From the human T2T-CHM13v2.0 reference genome, Homo sapiens, in the NCBI RefSeq assembly GCF_009914755.1, contig NC_060945.1: a stretch of DNA of 64,000 nt; one strand, given 5' to 3'. The notes beneath the pieces are model-generated. The model did not search any database and was not told where the DNA came from. It saw nothing but the letters and a program-made list of their open reading frames with translations. Of the stretch, positions 1 through 13,649 are shown in pieces. The position numbers and the translations under genes were made by a program. The stretch's first letter is position 1, and each line of letters begins with the position of its first letter.

Positions 1-1240
1 TCTATTTATATGTTATGGTACTGTGTCTTAAAAATTGTTGTAGTTATTTTTGATTGGTTCATCATTTAGTTTTTCTAGTATGAATAAAGATAGTTTCCAC
101 CCACAGTTGTGATAATATTCTGTGTTTTTCTTTGAAATCATTATTAGCAGTGAGTTTTGTAACTTCAGTTGATTATTTATTGCTTATTACCATCCTTTTC
201 TTTCTGATTGAGCATTTCTTATAGGACAGATCTGATGTTGATGAAATCCCTCCATGGGAAAATTGTTTGTCTGGGAAAGTTGTTATTTCTTCTTCATTAT
301 GAAAGGATATTTTTATTAGGTATACTATTCTAGAGTATTTTTTATTTCAGCATGTTAAATCTTTAAATATGTTATGCCGCTCTTTCCTGGCCTGTAGGAC
401 TTTCACTGAAAAGTCTATTGTGAGATGTCTTAGAGCTCCATTGTGTGCTATTTGCTTCTTTTATCTTGCTGCTTCTAAGATCTTTTGTTTATCCTAGATC
501 TTTCAGAGTTTGATTGTTAAATGCCTTGAGGCAGTCTTCCTTGGGTTAAGTTTGCCAGGTTTCTATAACCTTCTTGTACTTGGAAATTGTTTTCTTTCCC
601 TAGGTTTGGTAAGTTCCTTATTATTATTCTTTTGAGTAAACTTTCTACCCCTATCTTTTTCTCTACTTCTTCTTTAAGGGCAATAACTCAGATTTGCATT
701 TTGAGGTTATTTTCTAGATCCTGTAGGCATGCATTATCATTTTTTATTCTTGTTTCTTTTGTCTCCTCTGACTGTATATTTTCAAAGAGCTTATCTTCAA
801 GCTCACTAATTCTTTATTCTGCTTGGTAAATTCTGGTATTAAAAGACTATAATGCCATTCTTCAGTATGCCCATTGCATTTTTCTACTTAATTCGTTTTA
901 GTTATTTCAACCTCTTGTGTAATATACATGATGGAATTCTAAATTACTTCTCTGCATTATCTTGTATTTCTTTGAGTTTCCTTGAAACAGCTATTTTGAA
1001 TTCTCTCTCTGAATGGTCACATGTCTCTTTTTTCCAGGATTGGTACCTGGTACCTTACTTAGTTCATTTGGTAAGGTCATGTTTTCCTGGAGTGTCTTGA
1101 TACTGGTAGATGTTCATCTGTGTCTGGCCATTGAAGAATTATGTATTTATTATAGTCTTCACTGTCTGAGCTTGTTTGTACCTGTCTTCCTTGAGAAGGC
1201 TTTCCAGATATTTAAAAGGACTTGTGTGTTGTAATCTAGG
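1..1240 (-). mobile_element. Old L1 (L1M/L1PB-type) fragment, ORF1 region, antisense
   Basis: Antisense L1 ORF1-type sequence, e.g. 'tgaaaagtctattgtgagatgtcttagagctccattg...gagtttgattgttaaatgccttgagg'; many stops; runs off the window start. Confidence 0.7.
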
Positions 1241-1989
1241 CTGTATCTTCTTTTTCATGGGAATAAAAGTGGTTTCTGAGAAAATAAAAAAAGATAGACT
1301 GAATGATGTGGAAGAGTCTTTCTTAGATGGTATCCTAGTCCTTATTGACACAAAAAATGTTGCCCTTTTCAGAATGTTTCATATCCCTCATAACTTTTTA
1401 GGCTAATGAAAAATATGTGATATTCGTCATATATGTGGGTACTGTTGTGCTCTAATTTATGTTTTAAAGTTAGATTAAGCCTGTATCTACACTCCTGTGT
1501 GTAGTCAGATAGCATTTTTACTATTATGCAGTCACATCAGAATGTCAATTTCCTCCTATACTCCTTCTTTTAAATGCTGCTATTGATTTATTTATTTAAT
1601 GTCATTTGCTTCACAAGGTTGTTAAGGATATTGAGGCTCAAGTATTGTATCTTGAACTTATTTTCTACATAGAGCATTATGGTTATGTTGGGGCAATTAC
1701 AAGGGTTAATTTAGGCAGTTTTTAAATCATCTATAAGGAGCAATTATGGTATCATCTATAAGTTATACCACCAAAAATGCATTCAAATTGTATTGTTTTG
1801 AATGCAGCTGCTTCATTGGTTGTCATTAAGTCAGGGAAGTGGATGTGATACTTTCAAGAGTTGCAGTTTTTGAATAAAAATTAATCCCACCCCTATTTCT
1901 CAAGTTATAAAACCATTAGCTTGACACCACCTCACTTATAAGGTATGATGTAGCCTTAAAAGTAAATGTGCTTTGGGTCAAATGGATAT

Positions 1990-2110
1990 AGAGACAGTGA
2001 GATGTAATGCAAAAGCCTGAAAGTATCATAGAAAATATATCAGGCCCTATGTATTAATGGCTCTGTAACTTGAGCAGGTCACTTGATCTGTCTGTGTTTA
2101 CTTTATTGGG
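1990..2110 (+). mobile_element. MIR fragment
   Basis: 'ctctgtaacttgagcaggtcacttgatctgtctgtgttta' resembles the MIR core. Confidence 0.35.
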
Positions 2111-2796
2111 TTTTAAAGAATCACCTTAAATAAATGTGAAAGTCACTTATATACCAATACGTCTTGCACATTGGCAAATCATCAGCATACCTCTATTCTA
2201 TTGCCTGTCCCATAGAGTAATTGAAACCAGTTAACTTCTCTGAGGATCAAGGTTTTTAGTACTCATCTCTGGACACAAGATACTTGAGAAGAGAATTGAT
2301 GCTGAGCAAATGTTTCTATTCAAGGGCTGTATATAGAATTGAAACTCAATGGGCTTTCCTTAAAAATATTTTTACTAGAATTTTGATAAACAAATTGCGA
2401 TACTCAGGTCACTAGACTTTTCTGTGACATAGTGAGTCAGTGGAAGAGTGAGTTAAAGAATTGAACTTTCTACAAAGCAACTTCAAACCAAAGTAATTTT
2501 TATCAAACTAGCCTAATTACTGCAGCTGGGAAAAGTTTCTGAAAGTAACATGAGCTTATTTTCCTGTGTTTAACTGACTTAATAATAACCTTATCTTATA
2601 ATAATATACTTTGCTCTGTCCTATGGAAAATTGTTTTCACAACAGTCAAATTAACACCAACTGAATCAAACTCTGTGTATAATGAAACTTAATATCAAAT
2701 TATAAACAAATATGGAATTTCAGCTATGTAAAAAGGATAATGTTACCTTTTTTTCCCTTCAGTGATTTTTCCATTATTTCAAGGCTAAATTCTAAC

Positions 2797-3147
<351 letters not shown>

Positions 3148-3489
3148 TAACCTTGCTGCTTTCTTAACCTATAACAGCCAATTTCTACTATTTCACCCTT
3201 TGTACTCATTTTTCAGTTGCCACTATCAATATTTGGTTTTATGTTTTATCTTCAAGGGAAACTTGCCCAAGTCTGTGGTTTCTCTATTACACATGTAAAC
3301 AGAATCTTAATTTTTTTCAGAATATTTCCCCAATTATACTGCATGTAAAATAAATCATTATTAGGAAAAGAAATAACAATTTTCTAGGGAGGAAACAATC
3401 TAGAACACAGTTCAATAAGCATTTGCATTATGCTTCTTGTGAATATTGGCTTAATATTTTTTACACACACTACGCTCTGAATTCCAGGA

Positions 3490-3600
3490 GTCTAGGAATT
3501 GTATTTACTTTGTTCTCCAGTGTATCTATCTCTAGTCCCAGGGCAATGTTCTAGACATTGTCAAAATTTAACAACTATACACTAAATAAATTAATTCAAT
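3490..3600 (+). mobile_element. L2 3' end fragment
   Basis: 'tttactttgttctccagtgtatct...ctagtcccagggcaatgttctagaca...aataaattaat' resembles the L2 3' terminus. Confidence 0.35.
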
Positions 3601-4019
3601 TGACACCTTAGAATAATGTTGCTTATCTTCAATCTGCTAACCAAGAATGCCAACTGAAATGCAAGACAACTGCTTTCTACTTAGTTTATGCCCCTGCATG
3701 TTGAGGATGTAAATCAACTTATTGCCTAGCAGAGTTATTAAAATAAAAATTATGTTTACTCTCAGTATTCGATATAAATTTATAATAAAAAACAATCAGT
3801 GACATATACATTTTATTAACACCTTGGTTGAGCAAAAAAAACAGATTAACCTTAATGCAAAATTCAACCCAAAGTTTAGTGATTGCTTTGGAAACGTAGG
3901 TATACACTTTTTTATCTCTAGTACTTAAGATAGTTCATTTTGCTATTTATACAAATATTTAAATTTAAAATGACTAATAAAAACTGTATCTTTTGGAAAA
4001 TCTTTCTTATACAATGAAA

Positions 4020-4160
4020 GGAGTGAGAAAATAAGGAAAAATTAGGTAATGGATACTAGGCTTAATACCTGCAGAATGAAATAATCTGTATAACAAACCC
4101 CCATGACACAAATTTACCTATGTAACAAACCTGCACATGTACCCCTGAACTTAAAAATTA
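4020..4160 (+). mobile_element. L1P (old L1PA/L1PB) extreme 3' end
   Basis: 'ggcttaatacctg...aaaccccatgacacaaatttacctatgtaacaaacctgcacatgtacccctgaacttaaaa'. Confidence 0.85.
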
Positions 4161-5759
4161 TGAAATATATATACAGTTAAATTTAAATGAAGATAAATAT
4201 ATATGTAGGAGTAACACAATAAATTTTTACATCTTTCCATATAGTTAACTTTCATGGACAGAAACAATCGACCTATGAAACAATTAGAACAATGTATGTT
4301 AATCAATTTAGATTGCAATTAAATACCATATTTTAAGCATCTTAAAATATACTCACCTGTTATTTTATTGTCTAATACCTGATTTAAAGTCACTTCCGTT
4401 CAGAAGCTACAATTTATCAGTGATGGTGAGTCAAATGGTTATCAGACAGCCTTCGGCATTGGCCAAAAGGAGAATTCACTTTTCCCTCTTTGTGCCTCAT
4501 TATAAACACATGGGAAAAAGTGAATATACTGCTCATTTCAGTTTTAAAATCTAAGCATCCACAGAAACAGAAAGAAATACCTGCAGAACTAGACACAGAC
4601 ATTTATTCTATTTGTGGTGGTAATTATGTATTATTTTAGTATCAGCTGCACAAAATCACATCTGTGCCTGTGTCTACAATTTCCTCTAAGCTTGTTTCTA
4701 AATGTCACAATTAACTATATCTATTTTTGATAATTTGAAGAAAGTAGTGTTATTTTTGAAATGATAATGCGCTTTCTCTTTGTTTTTGACAGTGATTTTT
4801 CTGTTTTGCTTTATTCATAGGCACATTTTTTCTTTAGTTATATATTTGTGATGTTGAAATTGTATTCATTTAAATACACCCACAGATACAGATAATAAAG
4901 TAGCCTCTATCAAAATATCACTGTCAAGTATTTTAAATATGAACAGGAAAATTGGCATATGTATCTTATTCTAGTAAGAACCTATTTTCCCATACACCAT
5001 ATAAGTTTTAAGCTCCCACTTACGTAAACACCTGTTTTGGCTGTTGTTTCCAGTTTAATGAGTTTGGGGAGGTTTATATCTCTGAACTGAGAGTAGTTCT
5101 ATCATTTTGACATTTAATTTTGTTTCTCTTTTATAAATGTCTTGTAAAAAGAGAATCATTTAGCATCTGTTTTGTTATCTTCCAACATCTGTCCTACCTA
5201 CCCACTGTATCAAAAAGTGCACACTTCTTAAATCATAGATTGATTCAATCTTTTCAGGTGGATTTCATGATGCCATCAATTTTTTAGTGAAGCTTTAATG
5301 TAATATGTTATTGCAAGAAATGTTTTGTCATTTATTAAGGTATTATTAGTATATACATGTATAAAATTCTGAATCTACATCGAAAAATGATTTGGAGACT
5401 TGAACCAATTACTCACAAAATATAGGAGAGAGTCTTCTTTTTGAGAAAAAGGGGAGCTGCGTGCAATTTGTTCATATGTTTGGCATCTCAGCTGTCCAAC
5501 TTGAATAAATCATGACATGCTTTCTCAAAACTTCAAATGATCGTGACTGACTTAATTTATGTACACTTGAAACCACTCTTATATTATTGTTTTGGAAGTA
5601 TAATTAATATAATAATAATTTTGTCCTGTTTTGGGATATCTCTGCAATGAGATCATCTTTAAAGATTATAATTATTCTGTAAAATTCAGTAAAATACATT
5701 AAAAATATAAAATCATCCGACTAACTTCTTTCCCAAATAATTTAAAGAAAGCTTTTGGG

Positions 5760-6075
5760 AAGTAAGTAGGGCTCAATGAGGTCCTGGCGTTGAGGCCCTC
5801 ATGATAGAATTAATGCCCTTATAGGAAGAGACACCAAAGAGATGGTTCTGTCTAACCCCCCTTTTCCACTTCAGTCTCCCATCCCTGTACCTTGTGAAGA
5901 CACAATAAGAAGCCGGCTCTCCGCTAGATAAGAAGTGAACCATCATCAAAAATCAACAGTGCCAGCACCCTGATCTGGGACTTCCTCATTCCGGAAATGT
6001 GACGAAATAAATTTATATTATTTAAGCTACCCAGTCTGTGGCATATTGTTATGGCAGCTTAAGTGCGCAGAGACA
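5760..6075 (+). mobile_element. MaLR LTR (MLT1A-like)
   Basis: 'gccctcatgatagaattaatgcccttatag...gccagcaccctgatctgggacttcc...aataaattt...aagctacccagtctgtggcatattgttatggcagc...gaca'. Confidence 0.8.
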
Positions 6076-6179
6076 ATATACAAAAAAATCACAATCTGTA
6101 AAATGCATTCAAATTTTATTGAGCCAAACCAGTACCATTCAAACGTATTAATGAGAGACTTTGATTTGGAAGTGAGCGA

Positions 6180-6533
6180 ATTGAGGAAGGAAACTCTAAG
6201 GAGATGGGAATTAATTTTTGGCTAATTCAGCAGGCATCTTAATTTCAGGAGCAGCTGTGGATTGAGTTTTGGGCACAGAAAAGGCATCAATGAAGCTGGC
6301 AGTATCATTAGAAGCAGCAGTTGCCTCCAGGGCTCAGTGAGGCAATGGCAATCATGATGTTTCCCTGACGGGCAATTTTTTTCTCCATCATGTTGTCGAG
6401 TTCTGAGGCTAGTTCCCCAACTCTACAAACAATTCTGCGAACTGATTTTATTTTTCTTTTTTTTTAATGACCATTTTCGCTTCATTAGCAGAATCACTTT
6501 CATTGACTGCTATTAAGATCCCTGACTGATACT
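6180..6533 (+). mobile_element. Old MaLR (MLT1) LTR fragment
   Basis: 3' end 'tagcagaatcactttcattgactgctattaagatccctgactgatac' resembles old MLT1 termini. Confidence 0.4.
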
Positions 6534-7870
6534 GTGGAAATAAACAATGAATAAATAAATATGTAATGTATCATTATGATTTTATATACACAATAAAAAT
6601 AAACCATGATAAAGAGACGAAGTGATTGGAGCTATGATTTCAAATAGGAATATGAAGGAAAGTTGGACCTAAAAAGACTCATGTTTCTGCATGTTTCAAT
6701 TTGGGAGAAGGAGACAATATTTCAAAAGACTTGATTATAGTTTAGGAATGAGCTCTAAAAGATCTGGATAAGTATAGTTCATGCCTAACTAACAGGCAGT
6801 AGAAAGGCCCAGAGGTAAAAATATGCTTTGTATACATGAGAAGGAATATATCATCCAGAATATTTTTCAAATAATAAAATATTACTTATCAAAATTTTTT
6901 ATAAGTACGTCAGGCACATTTAGTATAATAATCTTTTAAATTGAAAAGACATAATAATCTAAGAAATGGATATACTCTCTTTGTTTAATAACAACAAAAC
7001 AAAACAAGAAAACCATAAGAATTAGCACTATATTTAATGCTTTGCCTAAAAATATATGTCATTGTTTATGGTGCAACATATACATCATTGACTCATTTTT
7101 GATAATATGATTAATGTTTATTGAACACTTTTTGTGCATGAAATGCATTCCATTCTGTTCCTGATTCTTTTATAGATTTATGTAACATAGCATTCATATT
7201 GAATATTAGAATGCAGAATTGTGTATTCCTCTTAATTTGTCTACAGCATATATTACTGATGTTTTGAAAAGTGACTTGTGATATTTTATTTTATAAATAG
7301 AAAGAAGTTCTGGAACGTTGCTTATAATTGGGGAAATAAGCACAAATGAAAGACCATGGTATGGTGAGATATAGAAATATAAATAAATGGAGAGATAAAG
7401 ATATATAGTTAAATATGTATTGATTATTTCATATTTATCACTATTATATTTTGATAAAGCTTTGGTTTTACCTAATTTTTAAAATACTAAATGTTAAAAT
7501 CCCATAGAAAATTAGAAATATAACTGAGAGCCACATGCATAGTTTGAAGTGTCTTCCTTTCGCTATCTATGTGGACAGAGACTGGGAAGTTTCTCCACTG
7601 CTCTAAGAGTAACCATTACCTTTACAGCTATAGTTACTGCTGCCATCATGACTTAACAGTAACTAAAATAACAAAAATGGATTATACACTTTTCCAAATT
7701 TGGAAAAACAATACTGAAATCTAACTTTGAGAAACTCATGTTCACTTTACTGCAATGATTAATCGTTTGCATTTATAGTTCCACAGTCAGAAGTACTGAG
7801 CCCCTGTATGTTCCCAAACTTTCATGAAGAGACAGGTTTCATTATCAGATAGAGAAATTGATGAAGGAAG

Positions 7871-7932
7871 AAATAGATGGGAAGATAGATGATAGATTGG
7901 ATAGATAGATAGATAGACAGATAGATAGATAG
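7871..7932 (+). repeat. (GATA)n imperfect tetranucleotide microsatellite
   Basis: gatagat gatagattggatagatagatagatagacagatagatagatag. Confidence 0.9.
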
Positions 7933-10244
7933 AAATATTTATGATTATTTTTCTAGACTCATTCTCTAGGAAATCGAATATTGATCTCCCCATGAACTTC
8001 ATACAAGTAAGTTTTCCATGAGATGTATTTATGACATTTTCCTTTTGTCATTTTTATGATCAAATATAAACAATATTTAAGTATATATATTTTCACTTAA
8101 TTATGTACAAAAACATATTAGAAAACACCAAAAAAGAGGAAACTACTCCCAACTCTCTTAACTTTTCACAATGAAAACTTTTATCAATGATGCTATTTTT
8201 CTAAAAACTTTTAAATGTTGAAATTTGGCATGGTCTTCAACGTGAGAAACGACAATATCCTTGGCATCCAATACGCTTTTACTATTTATGCTGATGGCAA
8301 AAGAAAAAAAAAAGTGCTTGGAACATTAACAAAAGTGTTAGGTTGTTTTACAACATGAAAACTGAATTAGGCTATGTTCCACCAGTCTATTTCAAGAATT
8401 GTATTTTTGAATTTATAGTTTGAATTATAGTAGAAATAAGATTATTTTCTACCATTTATACTTTGTTATTCTATTGATAAGAGCAAGAGAAAAATTACAA
8501 ATTCATAATTTAAGTGTAATGCTGTCTTCACAAAGCATTTAATTTGCCAATTTAGTAGATTTTTGTAGCATCTCATGGTTTCTGCTTCAAAAGACAATTT
8601 TCTGATAAGTCTAAAGAAGCATTTCCCTCAAAATTGAAAAAATGATACAATTGTTCAGGTTATATCTTTAGAGCCAACATGTCATAAAAGCATTTTCAGC
8701 AACATACAATGTATTAACTGTAAATGCCGAAATAGAAATTTTACCTAATTATATTCTTAAAAATAGCTGCTCAACCTCACTGCATTAGCAATTCTTCTAG
8801 GTTTTTTTTTTTGAATGGGATTCTTTTTTTTTTTTTTTTAATCAAATTTTCTTTCTGGGTATGTCCCCCAGAAACTCTTGTTACTTCTGTGTAAAGAAAT
8901 TGAGAACAACTTGTTATTCTGTTCTATATTTTAATAACTCTTTAAGCTTCTAAGTATGTGCAAATTATTCTAAGCCTTGTCATTATGAAATGTGATGGAT
9001 GATATTTATAACAGACACAGCTTTTTTCCTTGTATTGTGTGAAGAGTGCTTGCTGGTAAAAAATAAAATTATAGAACACAGATCACAAAATATTGAGGAA
9101 GACATTCTTTACTGAAGTAGGAAAGGCATTTGCGTCGCCAAAAATTATACGTGCTGTGTTTCAGAATATATAGACTTCCTCTCAGTTTAAACTTTGTTTG
9201 GAAAGAAAATTTTCCTCCAAAATGTTGCAGAAAGACTTGTAAGTTTCCAAACCTATTTCACTAAGATCTCTCATATCATGCTTGAGTTTTTTACTTTACA
9301 ATGCAGAAAGCAACCTGGTCTGCTACTTGAAGACAAAGTTATTGCTTTAGCACAGCATCACATTTTGATAGTGTTAGCATTTATATAAGAACTGCCTTTT
9401 TCCAATAATGAACCTCCAAATGAACATAGGCAAATGTTATTTTTTCATAGTTTTTCAATATATCAACATTTAAGTCAGTTTTCTTCCTTTCTTCTTTTAA
9501 ACAGCACCTCTCCATCCCCAATTAACATTATCTGACATTTTCATATACTTTCAACTTTGATTTTATTCTCATATTTAGTTAAAAACTTTTTTGGGGTCTT
9601 CCCTATTCTGCAGTACAAACGGAAAACAAAGATTGAAAATAAACTTTACTTTTGACTAACAGAGAAGCATTGTTCCTTTGGTGTCTCTTCTTATTTGATA
9701 ATCAAACTAAAGCCAGAGTATGTATAATAATACTTTAATTTATTCCCCTTGACATTTTCAAAAATATTTTCAATGTTATAGAAACAAAAAGAGCCATCCA
9801 TACTTTTAAATATAGTAATTATTCTTTTAGTCTCTATTAATGAAAAACTACAATCATGTCAAGACAATGATTGAATATTAAGAGACTGCAAAGGTAACTT
9901 CCCAAATCAGACATGCATCCACTGCTGCAGGTCTGTTGACATCATCCGTCTCTTTTCCTGGCTATTACAGCACATCGGCTTTAGTTTGCTTCATGGGAGC
10001 AAAACCTGGTAGTTTCTCTGTGCCCCTGCCTTGTATGTCCCCAGTAGTTTTTCCTTCTCTCACAATGTTTACCATTCATTACCAAAATGGAATCCTGCTC
10101 AGTGCCTCCAGATCCAACTTTGGAATATGGGGGAGTTAGTTAAAACCTTTGGCCAATGAATGCTAAAATATAAAGTCTTCATTCTCTTTTCATCCATGGG
10201 CAATTGAGACATGCAGTTTAGCTGGTTTCTTGGATCATTTAAGT

Positions 10245-10578
10245 CAGGAGTCCTCAACCCCAGGCGATGGAACGGTACTGGCCTGTGGCCTGTAAGGAAA
10301 TGGGCCACACAGCAGGAGGTGAGTGGCAGGTTGAGCCAGCATTGCCATCTGAGCTCCATTTCCAGGCAGATCAGCAGCAGCATTAGATTCTCATGAGAGT
10401 GGGAACCCTATTGTGAACTGTGCATGAGAGGGATCTAGGTTGTGCACTTTTTATGCGAATCTAATGCCTGATGATCTGAGGTAGAACAGTTTCATCCTGA
10501 AACCATCCTCCCACCCGGCTGTGGAAAAAATGCCTTCCAATAAACCAGTCTCTGGTGCCAAAAGTTTTGGGACTGCTG
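10245..10578 (+). mobile_element. MER1B non-autonomous hAT-Charlie DNA transposon
   Basis: Imperfect TIRs caggagtcctcaac / ttttgggactgctg; internal 'cagcagcattagattctcatgagagtgggaaccctattgtgaactgtgcatg...ctaatgcctgatgatctgagg'. Confidence 0.9.
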
Positions 10579-12997
10579 GTTTAGAGGGATCATGTAATCA
10601 GTAGTAACGGTCAGGATTCTAGAAAAACAATGACCCCTCCCAACTTTCTCACTTCGTTCCCCTCATCTCAGACTACTGACTCAGGGATTCTTTCCCTAGT
10701 AAAAGAATAACATAAATTGCTGCCTAAAACACTTCTTTCTGGATAACTCGGGCTATGACACCACTTGTGCAGCCACAAATCACTTTGTTGAAAACATTAT
10801 TTACTTTTTTTATTCAGAGTATTTGCAGAAATGAAATCAAAGAAAATGTGTTTCACTTTAAAATTGTTCTCAGTGTCCAGACCTTCTGAAGATCACTTAC
10901 AAATATTTGTTAAGTATATTATTTCTGTAATAAAACCACAATAGATATACAGTAGAACACAATAGATGCATCTTTTGGCAAGTATGTATCTAGTCACACA
11001 AGGATCCCTTTTAATTTATTTACTTCATGTCTATAAACCAAACAAATGTGAGTAAAATGTATGTATATATTAAAACATCAAAATATAGATATAACCTTAA
11101 CACAGATAAAATTAATATATCCTTATAAAAATTCTATATGTTGCTATCACCAAGATATTTTTTCCTAACCGTATTACAGATTGAATTCAATTTCAACATT
11201 GATATTTGTTTCAGTCACCCAGAATAGGAAGAGAACTAGTATCAGATCAGACCAAAAGTTGGGAACTATATATAAATAATTGGATCATGTCTAAAGAGAT
11301 GAATTAGACTGTGATGTTGGGAAGAATAAAGGTGGAAAACTAACTTAAATTATTGACATATTAAGACATGTTAGAAAATAAATGGCTTCATTCCATTAAA
11401 GAGACATTTCTTTGAATTTAAAAAATGTGTATTTATAGTGAAGGAAAAAAAATGTAGAGTTGATAAATGTCTTCAAGCCTGACCTTGCATATTCTTTATT
11501 TTTATAATATTCAAGTTTTGATCATATTCTAAGCATTAGTGCTCATTCACATACATTTTTAGTTGGTAAATTTGTTTTCTTCACCAGCATATATGGGCAC
11601 TGCAATAAAAAATTAAGCAATTATGTTTGATTTGGTGTAAAACTATATTTCGAGGAATATTTGTTAAAATAATTGCAATTATTTTGCCTGAGGAGTACCT
11701 TTTTTTTTGTCAAATATATTATTGAAAGTAAGCAGTAGTTACACAAGTTTCAAGCCTATAATAAAAGAAGATAAAGATGTTTGCCATTATTTGTATTTTA
11801 TGGAAATTGACAATGAAGAGAAATACATTTACCTCCAGACAATTATATATATATATATATAATAGCTAGATAGATAGACGTAGCTGTAGATACATGATTT
11901 CTATATCTATATCTACATATTGATATATATACATGATTCCATTTCTCACATTTTTTGTTATTCTCTATGTGCATGGCCAACAATGTAAGTTATTTAGCTA
12001 CAAGAAACAAAATCTAGTCAAATTTTGCTTTGTATATAGCCAACATCATGAAAATACCATCCCCATTCGATTTTAAATGGGCTACATGGTCTTCATTATT
12101 AAAAGAAAAATGGAATGAAATGTCAAATCAGGAGCCGTGTCTATTATCATTCATGTTACATTTGATAAAGAAATATCATCAGTTTTAAATACTACTTCAA
12201 TATGCATTACCTGATATTTATCCCAGAGAAGAAAATTATAATGTTTGTTCTGTTTTTGGCATATCTCGTTTCCTAAAACTGAACTAAAGAAAAGAATTGT
12301 AGTGGTAGTGCATTTATTTGACAAGCTAATTGAAGTTGCACAATATGTCAGTCTGATTTCCAAGGACAGAAAGGTTAATGGATTGTGCTCCTGCATGCTT
12401 GCACAATAGCTGAGTTTTCTTTATTGAAATAACTGTGATTTCCTACATTAGTAGTTACTTAATTCAAGCAGCAAAGATGTATTTGAAAGGAAAACTTAAT
12501 CCTTATAAAATAAACCCATTTTAGAATATGCAGTTCACAAACTTACATTGAACACATAATGTCATGTCCTTGTCAAATAATACAAAATGCGCAGTTCTCA
12601 TTTTCTCTGTTAAAAGTGTTGTGATTTCAATGTGAATCTATTTAGTGGGACAACACAACCAGGGAGCATTTTAGACAAGTGGTATTTAGTCTGTTACATT
12701 CCTGCCATAGACGAGAAACATGAGATTTTCTTTGTTACAATTCAGCTCCAGTTAAAAATAAATACAAGGTGCATGTCAATAGTAATTTTTTCATATGAGG
12801 GTAACGTTTGAAAACCAGGTGGCTAGAGTGGAGTTCATTTAAAAAATAAAACTGGGTTAAGAAAGGCCATTGCATGAGTACAGACGTCAATGTAACATTT
12901 TAAATGTAATTATTAATGTTGAAATATAAAAAATGTCAAGGCCTATAAAAACTGAAAGGAGCAAAACATGGTCATTTTTATGATCAACATAGTAATT

Positions 12998-13076
12998 TTT
13001 GACATAAGTTTAAGGGTATAATGTTTGACAGAAGTTTAAGGGTATAATAAATTTGACATATGTTTGGGATGTAATG
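12998..13076. repeat. 3-copy ~26-bp tandem repeat
   Basis: tttgacataagtttaagggtataatg / tttgacagaagtttaagggtataataaa / tttgacatatgtttgggatgtaatg. Confidence 0.85.
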
Positions 13077-13649
13077 TCCATAAATTTTTCATTACTCTGG
13101 GATTTATATAAACATTTTAAAATAATATTTATTTTTTAAATTACAAAACAATATAGGCTTAATCATGTATCTACCAGTTTAGTAAACATTTGTTATAATT
13201 TTACTGCATTGCAGACACTATTTTAAGTCTTTAGAGATTCATCAATGACCCAAATAAAGAAAAATTGTTGCCCGCATAGAACTTTTGATGACACTATAAG
13301 CAAGAAAAGCAAGCAAATTAAACATCAGTAAGATAATGACAAGTGCTAAAGAGAGCAAAAGAGAAAAGTGAAGTCAAGTATAGGTATGTAGAAAGTTCCA
13401 TAGTAAAGGGTCTAGAATAAATAGAAATGGCAAGGGAGAAATCTTTCAAAATATCTTACTATGTTTCATTCGTAGCCAACCAGTGTGTGCACTCTGTTAA
13501 TTGTTCAATGTGCCTATATTGTTTCTCGTTATACTCTATACTCTAAATACATAATATAGTTATATATGTTACAGTCTATAATGCACACATTTTATGGTTA
13601 GAAATTTAAAAAATAGTTTTTTGTAGATTTCATTTTTAGCCTTATTGAA

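Noticed and set aside
12998-13051. Bacterial promoter-like TTGACA...TATAAT pairs suggesting foreign DNA
   Set aside because: Spacing is 12 bp rather than ~17, there is no downstream ORF or RBS, and the context is ordinary primate DNA.
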